Part shown: positions 6,690 to 15,321 of the stretch, piece after piece | Position numbering within the stretch: the stretch's first letter is position 1 | How the letters are laid out: each line of letters opens with the position of its first letter | From: a bacterium | Lineage (GTDB): Bacteria > SZUA-182 > DTGQ01 > JAFGSM01 | NCBI GenBank assembly: GCA_049472315.1 | Contig: JBLIRN010000047.1 | Coordinates: forward strand, 1-20,114 | DNA length: 20,114 bases | Direction of reading: 5' to 3' | The notes under the pieces: generated by a model | Seen by the model: the letters and a program-made list of their open reading frames with translations, nothing else | Database searches by the model: none | What the model was told of the DNA's origin: nothing | Program-made: the position numbers and the translations under genes

Positions 6690-7595
6690 ATGAAGGTTGG
6701 ATGGTTTTTCACTTTCTTGAAGTATTACTTCAGCACCCGGTTGTTGGGCAGAAGGACCCCGCTTCTTGCCGGGTTCAAGATCACCCATACGTGCAACCTC
6801 ACCTGCCGCCACTGCCCCTTCTGGCACGAAAACCTTCCCCAGATGACCTTTACTGAGATACAGGAGGTTTTAAAGAGGCTCCACGCCATGGGGATACGGA
6901 TCCTTCTCATCGAGGGCGGGGAACCCTTCCTCTGGCGCGATGGACCATACGGGCTCCAGGATGTGGTGAATGAGGCGAAACGTTATTTCTTGAGCGTAGG
7001 GGTGACCACAAACGGGACCGTATCCCTGGACCTTGACTGCAACAGCCTCTGGGTGAGCCTGGACGGGCTCCGGGAGACGCATAACCACATCCGAGGCCGG
7101 GAGATCTTCGATAAGGTGATCGCAAACATCGAATCCTGCGCCCACCCCAACCTCTATGTCAACACCACCATCAACAACCTCAACTGGAAGGAGATACCCG
7201 ATCTGGTCAAGTTTCTGAAGGACAAGGTTAAGGGGATGACCATTCAGTTCTACTACCCCTATGAAAAAACGGACCAGTTGATGCTCACCAACGGACAAAG
7301 GATAACCGTGCTCGACGAGCTCATCCGGCTCAAGCGTGAGGGATGGCCGGTGATCAATTCATTCCGGGCACTGGAAAACCTGAAGACCAATAACTGGACC
7401 CCCCGGTGCAAGGACTGGATGATCGCCAGTATCGAGCCTGACGGCACCATCACCCAGGGATGCTATGTAAAGAACCGTGGCACCGTGCAGTGCGGGGTGT
7501 GCGGGTTTTCCACCAACACCGAGATCACCCTCGCCTACGAGCTTGTGTTCGAGTCCATCAATGTGGGGAGAAGGGTATTCAACTACAGCCGCTGA
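6690..7595 (+). CDS. Radical SAM protein with a short C-terminal Cys domain (HpnH/DUF3463-like), function unknown
   Basis: CNLTCRHC, EGGEP, TTNG and VSLDG...H..IRG; C-terminal C...GC...CGVCGF, which is not a full SPASM array. Confidence 0.85.
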   Translation: MKVGWFFTFLKYYFSTRLLGRRTPLLAGFKITHTCNLTCRHCPFWHENLPQMTFTEIQEVLKRLHAMGIRILLIEGGEPFLWRDGPYGLQDVVNEAKRYFLSVGVTTNGTVSLDLDCNSLWVSLDGLRETHNHIRGREIFDKVIANIESCAHPNLYVNTTINNLNWKEIPDLVKFLKDKVKGMTIQFYYPYEKTDQLMLTNGQRITVLDELIRLKREGWPVINSFRALENLKTNNWTPRCKDWMIASIEPDGTITQGCYVKNRGTVQCGVCGFSTNTEITLAYELVFESINVGRRVFNYSR

Positions 7596-7811
7596 ACCGC
7601 TATCCCCTCGAAACCCCATGAAGTGATAAGCTACAATTCCTTGTCAATCAATCGTTTTTCTTACCATATCCATTCTCAGTGACAGTTCCGATTTTGACAG
7701 TGTACAGTGGAGGGAAGGTGTGTTTGTGCAGCGATATGGGAGGCCTTCTAAACATTGCCTATGGCTGCCCCGCCCCCGAAGTAAAGGCAAGAAAGTGGAA
7801 TTGGCGTGCTC

Positions 7812-8897
7812 TCACAGGGCGAGGTTCGGTATCTGATCGATCACCAGGAACGCAAATGAGACCCTGTTCACGGCATTCTCCAGAAGCATCCTGGAGTAGG
7901 CGGGATTGTGGGCCCCCCTGCTCCCGTCAGCCTTCACAAAGAGGTAAACATCCCGGGCAAGGGTATAAATCCCGTTGATCCGGCTTATGTCCTGCCCCAT
8001 TTCCTCGGCCCTTCGAATGCCCTTGGCCAGCGCGGGGAGACGATCCTCCAGCGTCTTCAGGGTGCGGGTGATCACCACCCTCTCCTGCTCCTCCTGGGAT
8101 AAGGTTTGCCCATCATGACACTCCAGGCAAGTCTGGACAGGGCGGGGCACGCACCCCTGAGTATGGCAGTCCACGCAGTCCAGACGGACACGCTGATGGG
8201 CGGAGGCCTCGCCCGCAGGGACACCGCCCCCGATGTCCCCCAGCAGCATGGCCTCCTGGTAGATGTGGCAGTATTCGCACTGGCTCCGGGAGGCAATCTC
8301 GTCGTTGTGGCAGGGAAAACAAAAATCCTTCATGGTGGGGAGGTTTTTCCCTTGCGGATCGAGACCGTGGGCTATCCGGTCATGGCACACCACACAGGCA
8401 TACCCTTTAGATATGTGAAGGGCATGGTTGACACGGATCGAAGAGCCCCGGTCCATGGTCCACGGGTCGGTATGGCATCCCTGGCGCACGCAGTATACCG
8501 GCTTCTCCGCCTTTATATCCGCATCGTAACTGTCAGTCACATGGTTCCACAGGAACACGAGCCCCCCCAGCTTCGCCTTTATCTTCCCCCCGAAGCCCGG
8601 GGCGGTGTGACATGCCAGGCAATCCTCCTTGCTCCCGGTGAGAGACCCGTGAAACGATCGCTCCCATGTCTCGTGGGCGGGTTTCATTTCATGGCAGAGG
8701 ATGCAGGACTGCGGCCGGTAGGAATACTCAAGAATAAGCGACATGGCAGCAATTGCAGCCACAAAGATCCCGCCGGCCCAGAAGGCGAAACGGACGGGAT
8801 CCTGATGCCACAACCTCCTCAAGTGGGAGGAAAGCCCGCCGGTTGCCCCTGTTTTTTCATGCCCGGACTGGGCGTCGGTTCCCGGTTCAAATCCCAT
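7812..8897 (-). CDS. Membrane-anchored multiheme cytochrome c (NapC/NrfH-like N-terminus; 7 CxxCH plus 1 Cx4CH)
   Basis: TM helix FAFWAGGIFVAAIAAMSLIL; CILCH, CLACH, CVRQGCH, CVVCH, CFPCH, CEYCH, CVDCH and CLECH; C-terminal helices with DGSRGAHNPAY. Start placed at ATG 8897 (AGGGA RBS). Confidence 0.88.
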   Translation of the reverse strand: MGFEPGTDAQSGHEKTGATGGLSSHLRRLWHQDPVRFAFWAGGIFVAAIAAMSLILEYSYRPQSCILCHEMKPAHETWERSFHGSLTGSKEDCLACHTAPGFGGKIKAKLGGLVFLWNHVTDSYDADIKAEKPVYCVRQGCHTDPWTMDRGSSIRVNHALHISKGYACVVCHDRIAHGLDPQGKNLPTMKDFCFPCHNDEIASRSQCEYCHIYQEAMLLGDIGGGVPAGEASAHQRVRLDCVDCHTQGCVPRPVQTCLECHDGQTLSQEEQERVVITRTLKTLEDRLPALAKGIRRAEEMGQDISRINGIYTLARDVYLFVKADGSRGAHNPAYSRMLLENAVNRVSFAFLVIDQIPNLAL

Positions 8898-8924
8898 GGT
8901 ACATCCCTGTTGTCTCGTGTGCTC

Positions 8925-8952
8925 AAAAGGGCGCCCCAAGGCCGGCCCTTTT
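8925..8952 (-). terminator. Terminator-like hairpin just upstream of the cytochrome gene
   Basis: AAAAGGGC...GCCCTTTT stem with an inner GCC/GGC pairing. Confidence 0.5.
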
Positions 8953-9019
8953 CATACGTATCCATTGACGCTACTACTATTACTATCGACACTTGCAAGG
9001 AGAGAACTTGCCCAATGGC

Positions 9020-9033
9020 ATGATCATGATCAA
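9020..9033. promoter_or_regulatory. FNR/CRP-family-like box
   Basis: ATGAT-CATG-ATCAA, one mismatch to TTGAT-N4-ATCAA, upstream of the multiheme cytochrome. Confidence 0.4.
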
Positions 9034-9111
9034 TGGCTCACGGACCAAGGCCTCATATGCTCGTGAACGAAACCGCGCTGGACGGGAGAGGGAGCGTCAA
9101 CAGCCCTGTTC

Positions 9112-10074
9112 TCATTTCCCTAAGTACTGGATATTCAATTCCTTGGGGAGTTCCATCTTCAACTTTTTCAGAACATAGGAGTTGGCGTAGAGCCTTGTTT
9201 CCGCCTCCGTGGGCCGCATCACAGGGAGATCGGCAGGAGGTATCCCCTTGAGGATCTTCGCGGCCAGTTTCCCGGCCATCTTACCGACCTCGACATAGTC
9301 AACGCTGAGGCACAGGGTCCCTCCCCTCTCCAGAACGGAGGTACTGGTCATGCAGGTGGGAACCTGCCTCCGGTTGACGGTGGAAAAGATACGCTCGATG
9401 TATCCCACCACATCCCGATCAGTCGGCAGGTATATACAACTGACCCGACCGGCGATCCTGTCGACGTAGGCGCTGAGTGAAGTGAAGTTCTTCGTGAATT
9501 CGAAGGGAATCAGTTCCATACCCTTTTTCTCGAGTATGGCCTCCATCTCTTCCTTCAATTCCATCGATCCCTTGTCCGTGGGGCTGTAAATCAGTCCGAT
9601 GTTCCCTGCCCCGAAAACCTTGTGCATCAGCTCTATCTGAAGGGAGGTGGGAATGGCGATGGACACCCCCGTCAGATTCTTCTGTTTGCTGTCCCATGAT
9701 TCGATGATCCTGTAGCCTATGGGATCCAAGACCTTGTTGAAGACGATGGGGGTCTTTGTATACGCCTTGGCAACCCGCGACGTTATGGTCGAACCGTAGG
9801 TATAGATCAATTGGTATTGCGTTTGATCGGTCTGATCGATCAGATCCTTCAGCCGATTTACATCCTTATAGGCGTCAACGACGACATAGTTGATATTCTG
9901 GTCGGTAAATTCCTGAGACAGCGCCTCCTTGAATCCCTTTTCGGTCCCGGTCTCTCCCTGCCACATGAACATCAGGATATTCAGCCTCTTGGCCCGGGCA
10001 GAGGCGGGGAAAAGGCATACCAGGAGTGCCATCACCACACCTGTTGCCATGTGTCTGAAATGGTGCAATCTCAT
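9112..10074 (-). CDS. ABC transporter substrate-binding protein (ABC_sub_bind type), orphan
   Basis: Signal peptide ending ASARA; motifs TPIVF..VLDP, NLTGVS, IGLIYSP and VDY.EVGKMAG.LA.KILKG..PADLPV; AAGGAGG RBS. Confidence 0.9.
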   Translation of the reverse strand: MRLHHFRHMATGVVMALLVCLFPASARAKRLNILMFMWQGETGTEKGFKEALSQEFTDQNINYVVVDAYKDVNRLKDLIDQTDQTQYQLIYTYGSTITSRVAKAYTKTPIVFNKVLDPIGYRIIESWDSKQKNLTGVSIAIPTSLQIELMHKVFGAGNIGLIYSPTDKGSMELKEEMEAILEKKGMELIPFEFTKNFTSLSAYVDRIAGRVSCIYLPTDRDVVGYIERIFSTVNRRQVPTCMTSTSVLERGGTLCLSVDYVEVGKMAGKLAAKILKGIPPADLPVMRPTEAETRLYANSYVLKKLKMELPKELNIQYLGK

Positions 10075-10158
10075 TATTCCTCCTTTCCACCGGAATCGAC
10101 CCTCTTAAGGGTGCGACGAGTGGATTTTTTCCGTATTGTGAAGACATGAATTCTTCTT

Positions 10159-10187
10159 AGTATACATCATATGCAAATCCGGTGCAT
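10159..10187 (-). promoter_or_regulatory. Candidate sigma70 promoter for the substrate-binding protein
   Basis: Minus strand ATGCAC-N17-TATACT. Confidence 0.45.
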
Positions 10188-10330
10188 GGGTCCCGCATTC
10201 ATTCCCTTACACCACATAAACATTACCATCGCAGGTGAACAAGATCAAGACCTTTTATCCTTCCCGGCAATTCCAATTTAGACATTTCATTATGGCGGGC
10301 AGACATGTTTACGGAGCGATATAGAGGGAC

Positions 10331-10360
10331 TTGCCCTCCGTGCGGGGAACATGCTACATT
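10331..10360 (+). promoter_or_regulatory. Candidate sigma70 promoter for argC
   Basis: TTGCCC-N18-TACATT with an extended -10 TG. Confidence 0.45.
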
Positions 10361-10417
10361 ATTTCGGGAAAACGCTGCGGATGCACTGAAACCATTTCGC
10401 GAAGAAAGGAACCCTCC

Positions 10418-11476
10418 ATGCTCAAGGTCAAGATCTTCGGCGCGTGCGGATACGGCGGTGTCGGCATGATCGAGCTCCTGGTCAGACACCCGGAGGCAAC
10501 GATTGTGGCGCTGATCGATGTCGAGAATACCGGCATACCCGTCAGTGAGGTGTATCCTCACCTGAGGGGATTCTGCGATCTCCCCGTCATTCCCCCCGAG
10601 GATGACCATCCCGGGGATGGAGCGGCCAATGCCCTTTTTTTTGCGACCCCGGACGGCGTGGCCATGGATCGGGCACCCCGCTACCTGGCCGAAGGCGTCA
10701 AGATTGTCGACTATAGCGGCGATTTTCGTTTTTCCACCCCTGAAATGTATGCCGCTTATGCAAAAAGGATCGGCAAGCCCACCACCCATCGAGCGCCCGA
10801 ACTCCTGAAAGAGGCGACATACGGGCTCACGGAGCTTAACCGCAGCGCCATAGCAACGGCACGCCTCGTAGGGAATCCGGGGTGCTTCGCCGTGGCCACC
10901 ATCCTGGCCTTCACCCCGCTGGTAAAGGCACGGGCGGTGGATGTCGGTAGGCTCACCTGCGATGCAAAGACCGGGGTCTCGGGTGCCGGCAAGAAACCCT
11001 CTGCGGCGTTCCACTATCCGGCCAGGTACGAAAACATGAATGCCTATAAGATCGGCATGCACCAGCACGTGGTGGAGATCGAACGTCAGCTCTCGCTCCA
11101 GGCAGGGGGAGCGTGCAAGGTCTTCCTGAATACCCAGGTGGTCCCCGTCACCCGGGGTATCATGGTGTGTGCCTATGGAACGATCGAGGAGGGATGGGGG
11201 TTTTCCCGCTTATTCGATCTCTACAGCGAATTCTATCGCAACGAGCCGTTCGTGCGTGTACTTCCTCCGGATCAGGCGCCCTCCTCAAAGGACGTGAGGG
11301 GTTCCAATTTCTGTCTCCTGTCGGTGTACGTGAACGAGGCAACGGGAACCTGCCTTGTTATCGGGCAAATCGACAACCTGGTCAAGGGACAGGCCGGCTC
11401 CGCCCTTCAAAATATGAACCTGATGCATGGTTTGGACGAAACCATGGGACTCCATTTTCCTCCCATGGTCCCCTGA
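10418..11476 (+). CDS. argC: N-acetyl-gamma-glutamyl-phosphate reductase (352 aa)
   Basis: GACGYGG nucleotide-binding start, DYSGDFRF, YGLTE, catalytic NPGC, GVSGAG, HQH..EI and IDNLVKGQAGSALQNMN; AAGGA RBS before ATG 10418. Confidence 0.97.
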   Translation: MLKVKIFGACGYGGVGMIELLVRHPEATIVALIDVENTGIPVSEVYPHLRGFCDLPVIPPEDDHPGDGAANALFFATPDGVAMDRAPRYLAEGVKIVDYSGDFRFSTPEMYAAYAKRIGKPTTHRAPELLKEATYGLTELNRSAIATARLVGNPGCFAVATILAFTPLVKARAVDVGRLTCDAKTGVSGAGKKPSAAFHYPARYENMNAYKIGMHQHVVEIERQLSLQAGGACKVFLNTQVVPVTRGIMVCAYGTIEEGWGFSRLFDLYSEFYRNEPFVRVLPPDQAPSSKDVRGSNFCLLSVYVNEATGTCLVIGQIDNLVKGQAGSALQNMNLMHGLDETMGLHFPPMVP

Positions 11477-11564
11477 ATACACCCGCGTTCCCTGTGCTCC
11501 GGACATGCCGCATGAATCCCGGCGTGCAGGTCACAACGGAGGGGTATCGAGAAAGGAACAGGTT

Positions 11565-12131
11565 ATGACCGAATCGGAACAGAGGCTTCTTACGCTTCTC
11601 GCCAACATTTCCTACCACTACAGCCCCACACCCAGCTTCCGCCTGGCCTCGGGCAGGATGAGTCAGTTCTATATCGATTGCAAGACCACCACCCTCACCC
11701 CCGAAGGTCTCGTTCTGACCGGTGAGGTGATCTACGAAAGGATCAAGGGGTGCAACCTGCAGGGTGTGGGTGGTCTCGAATTCGGCGCCATCCCCCTTGC
11801 CCTCGCCACATCGATTCACGCCTTCCGCCAGGGGGTATCCCTTCAGCCCTTCGTCGTTCGCAAACAGGCAAAGGAGAGAGGCCTCAAAAAGGCCATAGAG
11901 GGACAGATCGAGGAAGGGGCCCGGGTGGTGGTCCTCGAGGATGTGGTGACCACGGGGGGGTCCTCTCTTACTGCAGTGGAGCGGCTCAGGGAGGCCCGCA
12001 TCGAGGTGGATCACATCCTGGCGATGGTGGATCGGGACGAAGGGGGCAAGGAGTCGATTCTTCGAGCCGGCCTCCGGCTGGAATCCATCTTCACCCTGGA
12101 TGACCTCATCAATGTCCTCCAAGATCAATGA
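11565..12131 (+). CDS. pyrE: Orotate phosphoribosyltransferase (188 aa)
   Basis: FRLASGRMSQFYIDC, VRKQAKE and the PRPP-binding motif VVVLEDVVTTGGS; AAAGGA RBS before ATG 11565. Confidence 0.96.
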   Translation: MTESEQRLLTLLANISYHYSPTPSFRLASGRMSQFYIDCKTTTLTPEGLVLTGEVIYERIKGCNLQGVGGLEFGAIPLALATSIHAFRQGVSLQPFVVRKQAKERGLKKAIEGQIEEGARVVVLEDVVTTGGSSLTAVERLREARIEVDHILAMVDRDEGGKESILRAGLRLESIFTLDDLINVLQDQ

Positions 12132-13422
12132 ACCCATCCCGTCCCCTGACGATCTCCCCTCTCTCGTTGTTGCAGACATAGAGGGAAGGATCTTCGATCA
12201 TCACGCTATGGGCATGGCGGGCATGTCCGGACGCACCCCGTGCCTGCCCCAGCCCGACGAACTGGTGCCCCTCCCCTTCGGGAGCACCCTTTTTTACATG
12301 CCCGGCCGAGCACCCCTGGGATGGGACAGGGAGAAAAACCGTATCGGACCCTGTACCGAAGCAACGACCAAGGGCCGCACAGGAATGTGCTTTGCAGTTG
12401 CCGCCTTCCTCCCCCCCGGATATGTCAGGACACTCCTCCCGGCAGCCCGCCTCCTGGAGGATGCGCCAACACTCCCCCTCTGGGCGTACGCTGCTGTGGG
12501 ATGGAAGGAGGGCAAATTCTGGGCTACCGGTATCCAGGTGGATCCGAATCCTCACTGGGACCCGGTCTTCTTTCAGGACGACGAGGGACTCGCTGGACTG
12601 GTTCGCGAGGCACTCTCCCGCATGCCCGGCAACAGGCTCCTCAGCCATCTGGCGCGCTGCGCCCTGGAGTATCATTGCTTTGCCGCCAAGAACTGCTTCT
12701 ATCGCCGATGGGAACTGCCGTTGCCCACCTCGCCCGGATGCAACGCCCGATGCCTGGGATGCATCTCGCTGCAGCCCGCCGGATGCTGCCCCGCCCCTCA
12801 TGGCAGGATCAGCTTCGTGCCCACCGTGGAAGAGATCTGTGACATCACCCTCCCTCACCTCACGGAGGCGGAGGATCCGATCGCCAGTTTCGGACAGGGA
12901 TGTGAAGGCGAGCCCATCCTCCAGGCGGGGGTGATCGAACGGGCAGTAAAACGGCTCAGAACACACACCTCGCGAGGAATCATCAACCTCAATACGAACG
13001 GGAGCAAGCCCGATGTCATCGACCGGCTCTGCAGGGCAGGGATGGACAGCATCCGGGTCAGTCTGAATTCACCCCATCCGCCGTTCTTCACTGCATACCA
13101 TCGGCCAATGGGGTTCTCATTGCAGGAGGTCAAAGAGTCGCTCATCCTGGCCCGTGAGGCAGGCGCCTCCTCCGCAATAAATCTCCTCGTATTTCCGGGT
13201 GTCACGGACAGGGAGGAAGAGCGTGACCGTCTGGTGCGGTTTATTTGGGAGACCGGCATCGATCAAATCCAGATGAGGAACCTGAACATCGATCCCGATA
13301 TCTACTGTGCCGCAGTAACGACCGAAGGTCCCCGGTATCCGCTGCCCAGCCTGATGGCAGACCTCCAGGAGGTATTTCCGAACCTCACCTTCGGCTATTT
13401 CAACCGGGCAAAAAGGGAATGA
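12112..13422 (+). CDS. Radical SAM protein of unknown function with a long N-terminal domain
   Basis: SPGCNARCLGCISLQ, SFGQGCEGEP, NLNTNGS, DSIRVSLNS and IQMRNLNIDPD. Overlaps the pyrE end; the start could be 12100 or 12112. Confidence 0.85.
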   Translation: MSSKINEPIPSPDDLPSLVVADIEGRIFDHHAMGMAGMSGRTPCLPQPDELVPLPFGSTLFYMPGRAPLGWDREKNRIGPCTEATTKGRTGMCFAVAAFLPPGYVRTLLPAARLLEDAPTLPLWAYAAVGWKEGKFWATGIQVDPNPHWDPVFFQDDEGLAGLVREALSRMPGNRLLSHLARCALEYHCFAAKNCFYRRWELPLPTSPGCNARCLGCISLQPAGCCPAPHGRISFVPTVEEICDITLPHLTEAEDPIASFGQGCEGEPILQAGVIERAVKRLRTHTSRGIINLNTNGSKPDVIDRLCRAGMDSIRVSLNSPHPPFFTAYHRPMGFSLQEVKESLILAREAGASSAINLLVFPGVTDREEERDRLVRFIWETGIDQIQMRNLNIDPDIYCAAVTTEGPRYPLPSLMADLQEVFPNLTFGYFNRAKRE

Positions 13423-13425
13423 TTT

Positions 13426-15198
13426 TCAGCGACCCCTGACCAGGACCTCCTGTCCGGGGTAGATCACACTTCGTCTGCTGAGATTGTTGAGGGAGAGAAA
13501 ATCGTTGAGGCGCATGCCGTGCATCCTGGCGATATCATAGGCGCAATCCCCCTTCCTCACCTTGAAGGTCTTCAATCCGCCGCCACCGCCGGCGCTTGCC
13601 AGGACGGGGATGCTTCCCTTGCGAACGGGGATCTTGAGCCGCTGTCCGATTCTGAGCCTGTTATATCGTCGAATGTTATTGGCGCGGGCGATCTTCCGGA
13701 TGCTGGTACGATACCTCTGGGCGATATGGGAAAGGGTCTCACCCTTTCTGACGCGGTGATACACATACTGCGGCTGAGGTGGTCTCCAGGAGGGAATTTC
13801 GTCCAGGCTGGCAAGGGCGATCTCCGTCATAGAAACCGGAACCTTCAAGGCATATTCGCTGTCCGGGGTGACCTTGTGGCGCAATTCCGGATTCATATCG
13901 ATCAATTCCTTGGCCCCCACCCCTATCTTTGCGGCGAGGTCGGAAAGCTGGATCTGCCTGTCAACGGTGATCTCCTCGTAGAGAAGCGGATCGAGGAGTG
14001 GAGGCAACTCCAGCCCGTACTGCTCCGGATTCTCTATCAGGTGGAGGGCAGCCATGAATCGCGGCACATAGCGCGCCGTCTCCGAGGGAAGATGGGAGTA
14101 TAAATCCCAGAAGTTGTCCAGGTAGTTGATATGCTGGCTCCGGATGACCCGCAGTACGGTACCTTCTCCGCAGTTATACGCAGCCAGTGCAGTGGTCCAA
14201 TCACCAAAGATGTGATGGAGTTGGGTAAGGTATTCGATGGCGCCCCTGGTGGCCTTTACGGGGTCCATGCGCTCGTCGATCCATTGGTCGCGTTCGAGCC
14301 CGAATTTATAGCCGGTTGACGGAATGAACTGCCACAGGCCGAGGGCTCGGGCACGGGAAAGGGCCCGGATCAGAAACCCGCTCTCGATTAGGGGCAGCCA
14401 GGAAAGTGTGTCCGGAAGGCCCGACTTCCTTAGTTCATCGAGAATCATGGGACGAAATCGTCCGGACCGCGCATAGCTGTCCAGGAAGAACTCCCTTTCG
14501 GGGCCGAGGAATCCCTTGATCTCCCGCTTCACGATATCGTTCATGACCAGCGGGATCTCAGTGTGCTTCCCGTTTACCACCCGCTGCCGGGAGGCATAGA
14601 TCTCGACGATCCTCCTGGAGATGAGGAACCGGATGTCTTCCTTCTGCTGAAAGATCTCCGCATCCCCATTGGTCTCCACGTTGATAAGCAATTCGTAGGC
14701 CCTATCAAGGAGTTCCAGTGCCATCTCACTATTTCCGCCCTGCCACTCATCCTGTGCCTCCTGGCAGAGGCCCAAGGCCTCGTCCAGCTTGTCCTGCTTC
14801 TCCTGGGTGGTGTGAATCTCCTCGATAGGGGCAGCGGACATGAGCGAGCCGTTCGGCCCGTAAAAGGAGGCAAAGCTGTTCTCAGGGGTGTACCCGCTTC
14901 CCTTGCCGTCTCCGACATTGGTGGTGTACTCCCCCGATTCGGCAGACTCGAAGCCGGCCTCGGTGCCTTCCTGAAAGGTGGATTGCTCCCCTTCCATTTC
15001 CTCTATGGACCTTCTGCCTGATTCCTGGGAGAACCCCTCCTCCCCATCCTCTGCAAATACACCCTGATAGTCCTCGTGAAGCAAATTTGCATATTTTGGG
15101 CCCTGTTTGCCGTAATTGTGCACATTCGCGTCATGAATACATCCGGTGAAAAGAAAAGGCAGGAGCAGAACTAAAAACAAATAGTACCTTGATTTCAT
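13426..15198 (-). CDS. mltD: Membrane-bound lytic murein transglycosylase D-like lipoprotein (SLT domain plus 2 LysM)
   Basis: Lipobox-like FTGC, IESGF catalytic motif, GLWQFIPSTG, ALAAYNCGEG, ETARYVP and two LysM repeats (HRVRKGETLSHIA, KVRKGDCAYDIA); GGAGG RBS. Confidence 0.92.
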   Translation of the reverse strand: MKSRYYLFLVLLLPFLFTGCIHDANVHNYGKQGPKYANLLHEDYQGVFAEDGEEGFSQESGRRSIEEMEGEQSTFQEGTEAGFESAESGEYTTNVGDGKGSGYTPENSFASFYGPNGSLMSAAPIEEIHTTQEKQDKLDEALGLCQEAQDEWQGGNSEMALELLDRAYELLINVETNGDAEIFQQKEDIRFLISRRIVEIYASRQRVVNGKHTEIPLVMNDIVKREIKGFLGPEREFFLDSYARSGRFRPMILDELRKSGLPDTLSWLPLIESGFLIRALSRARALGLWQFIPSTGYKFGLERDQWIDERMDPVKATRGAIEYLTQLHHIFGDWTTALAAYNCGEGTVLRVIRSQHINYLDNFWDLYSHLPSETARYVPRFMAALHLIENPEQYGLELPPLLDPLLYEEITVDRQIQLSDLAAKIGVGAKELIDMNPELRHKVTPDSEYALKVPVSMTEIALASLDEIPSWRPPQPQYVYHRVRKGETLSHIAQRYRTSIRKIARANNIRRYNRLRIGQRLKIPVRKGSIPVLASAGGGGGLKTFKVRKGDCAYDIARMHGMRLNDFLSLNNLSRRSVIYPGQEVLVRGR

Positions 15199-15321
15199 AG
15201 GGATAACACCTCCATGGTCACAGTAACCTTATACCTGTTTATCGGAAAATATCCCAAAATCATTTTCTTAAACTGCAAAATATAGACCACGTCATTCAGT
15301 AGTCACGCGGCACCCATGGAA

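Noticed and set aside
6690..7595. Third maturase of the RiPP cluster
   Set aside because: Separated by a strong hairpin and about 530 nt, has its own promoter, and lacks the SPASM array.
7596..7811. sRNA between convergent genes
   Set aside because: Only a short CCATATC/GATATGG inverted pair and poorly spaced promoter-like hexamers; support is insufficient.
10173..10187. sigma54 promoter (minus strand ATGCACCGGATTTGC)
   Set aside because: It lacks the invariant GG at -24; a sigma70 reading fits the same bases better.
12112..13422. Pyruvate formate-lyase activating enzyme
   Set aside because: No glycyl radical enzyme lies nearby, and the length and motif layout differ from PflA.
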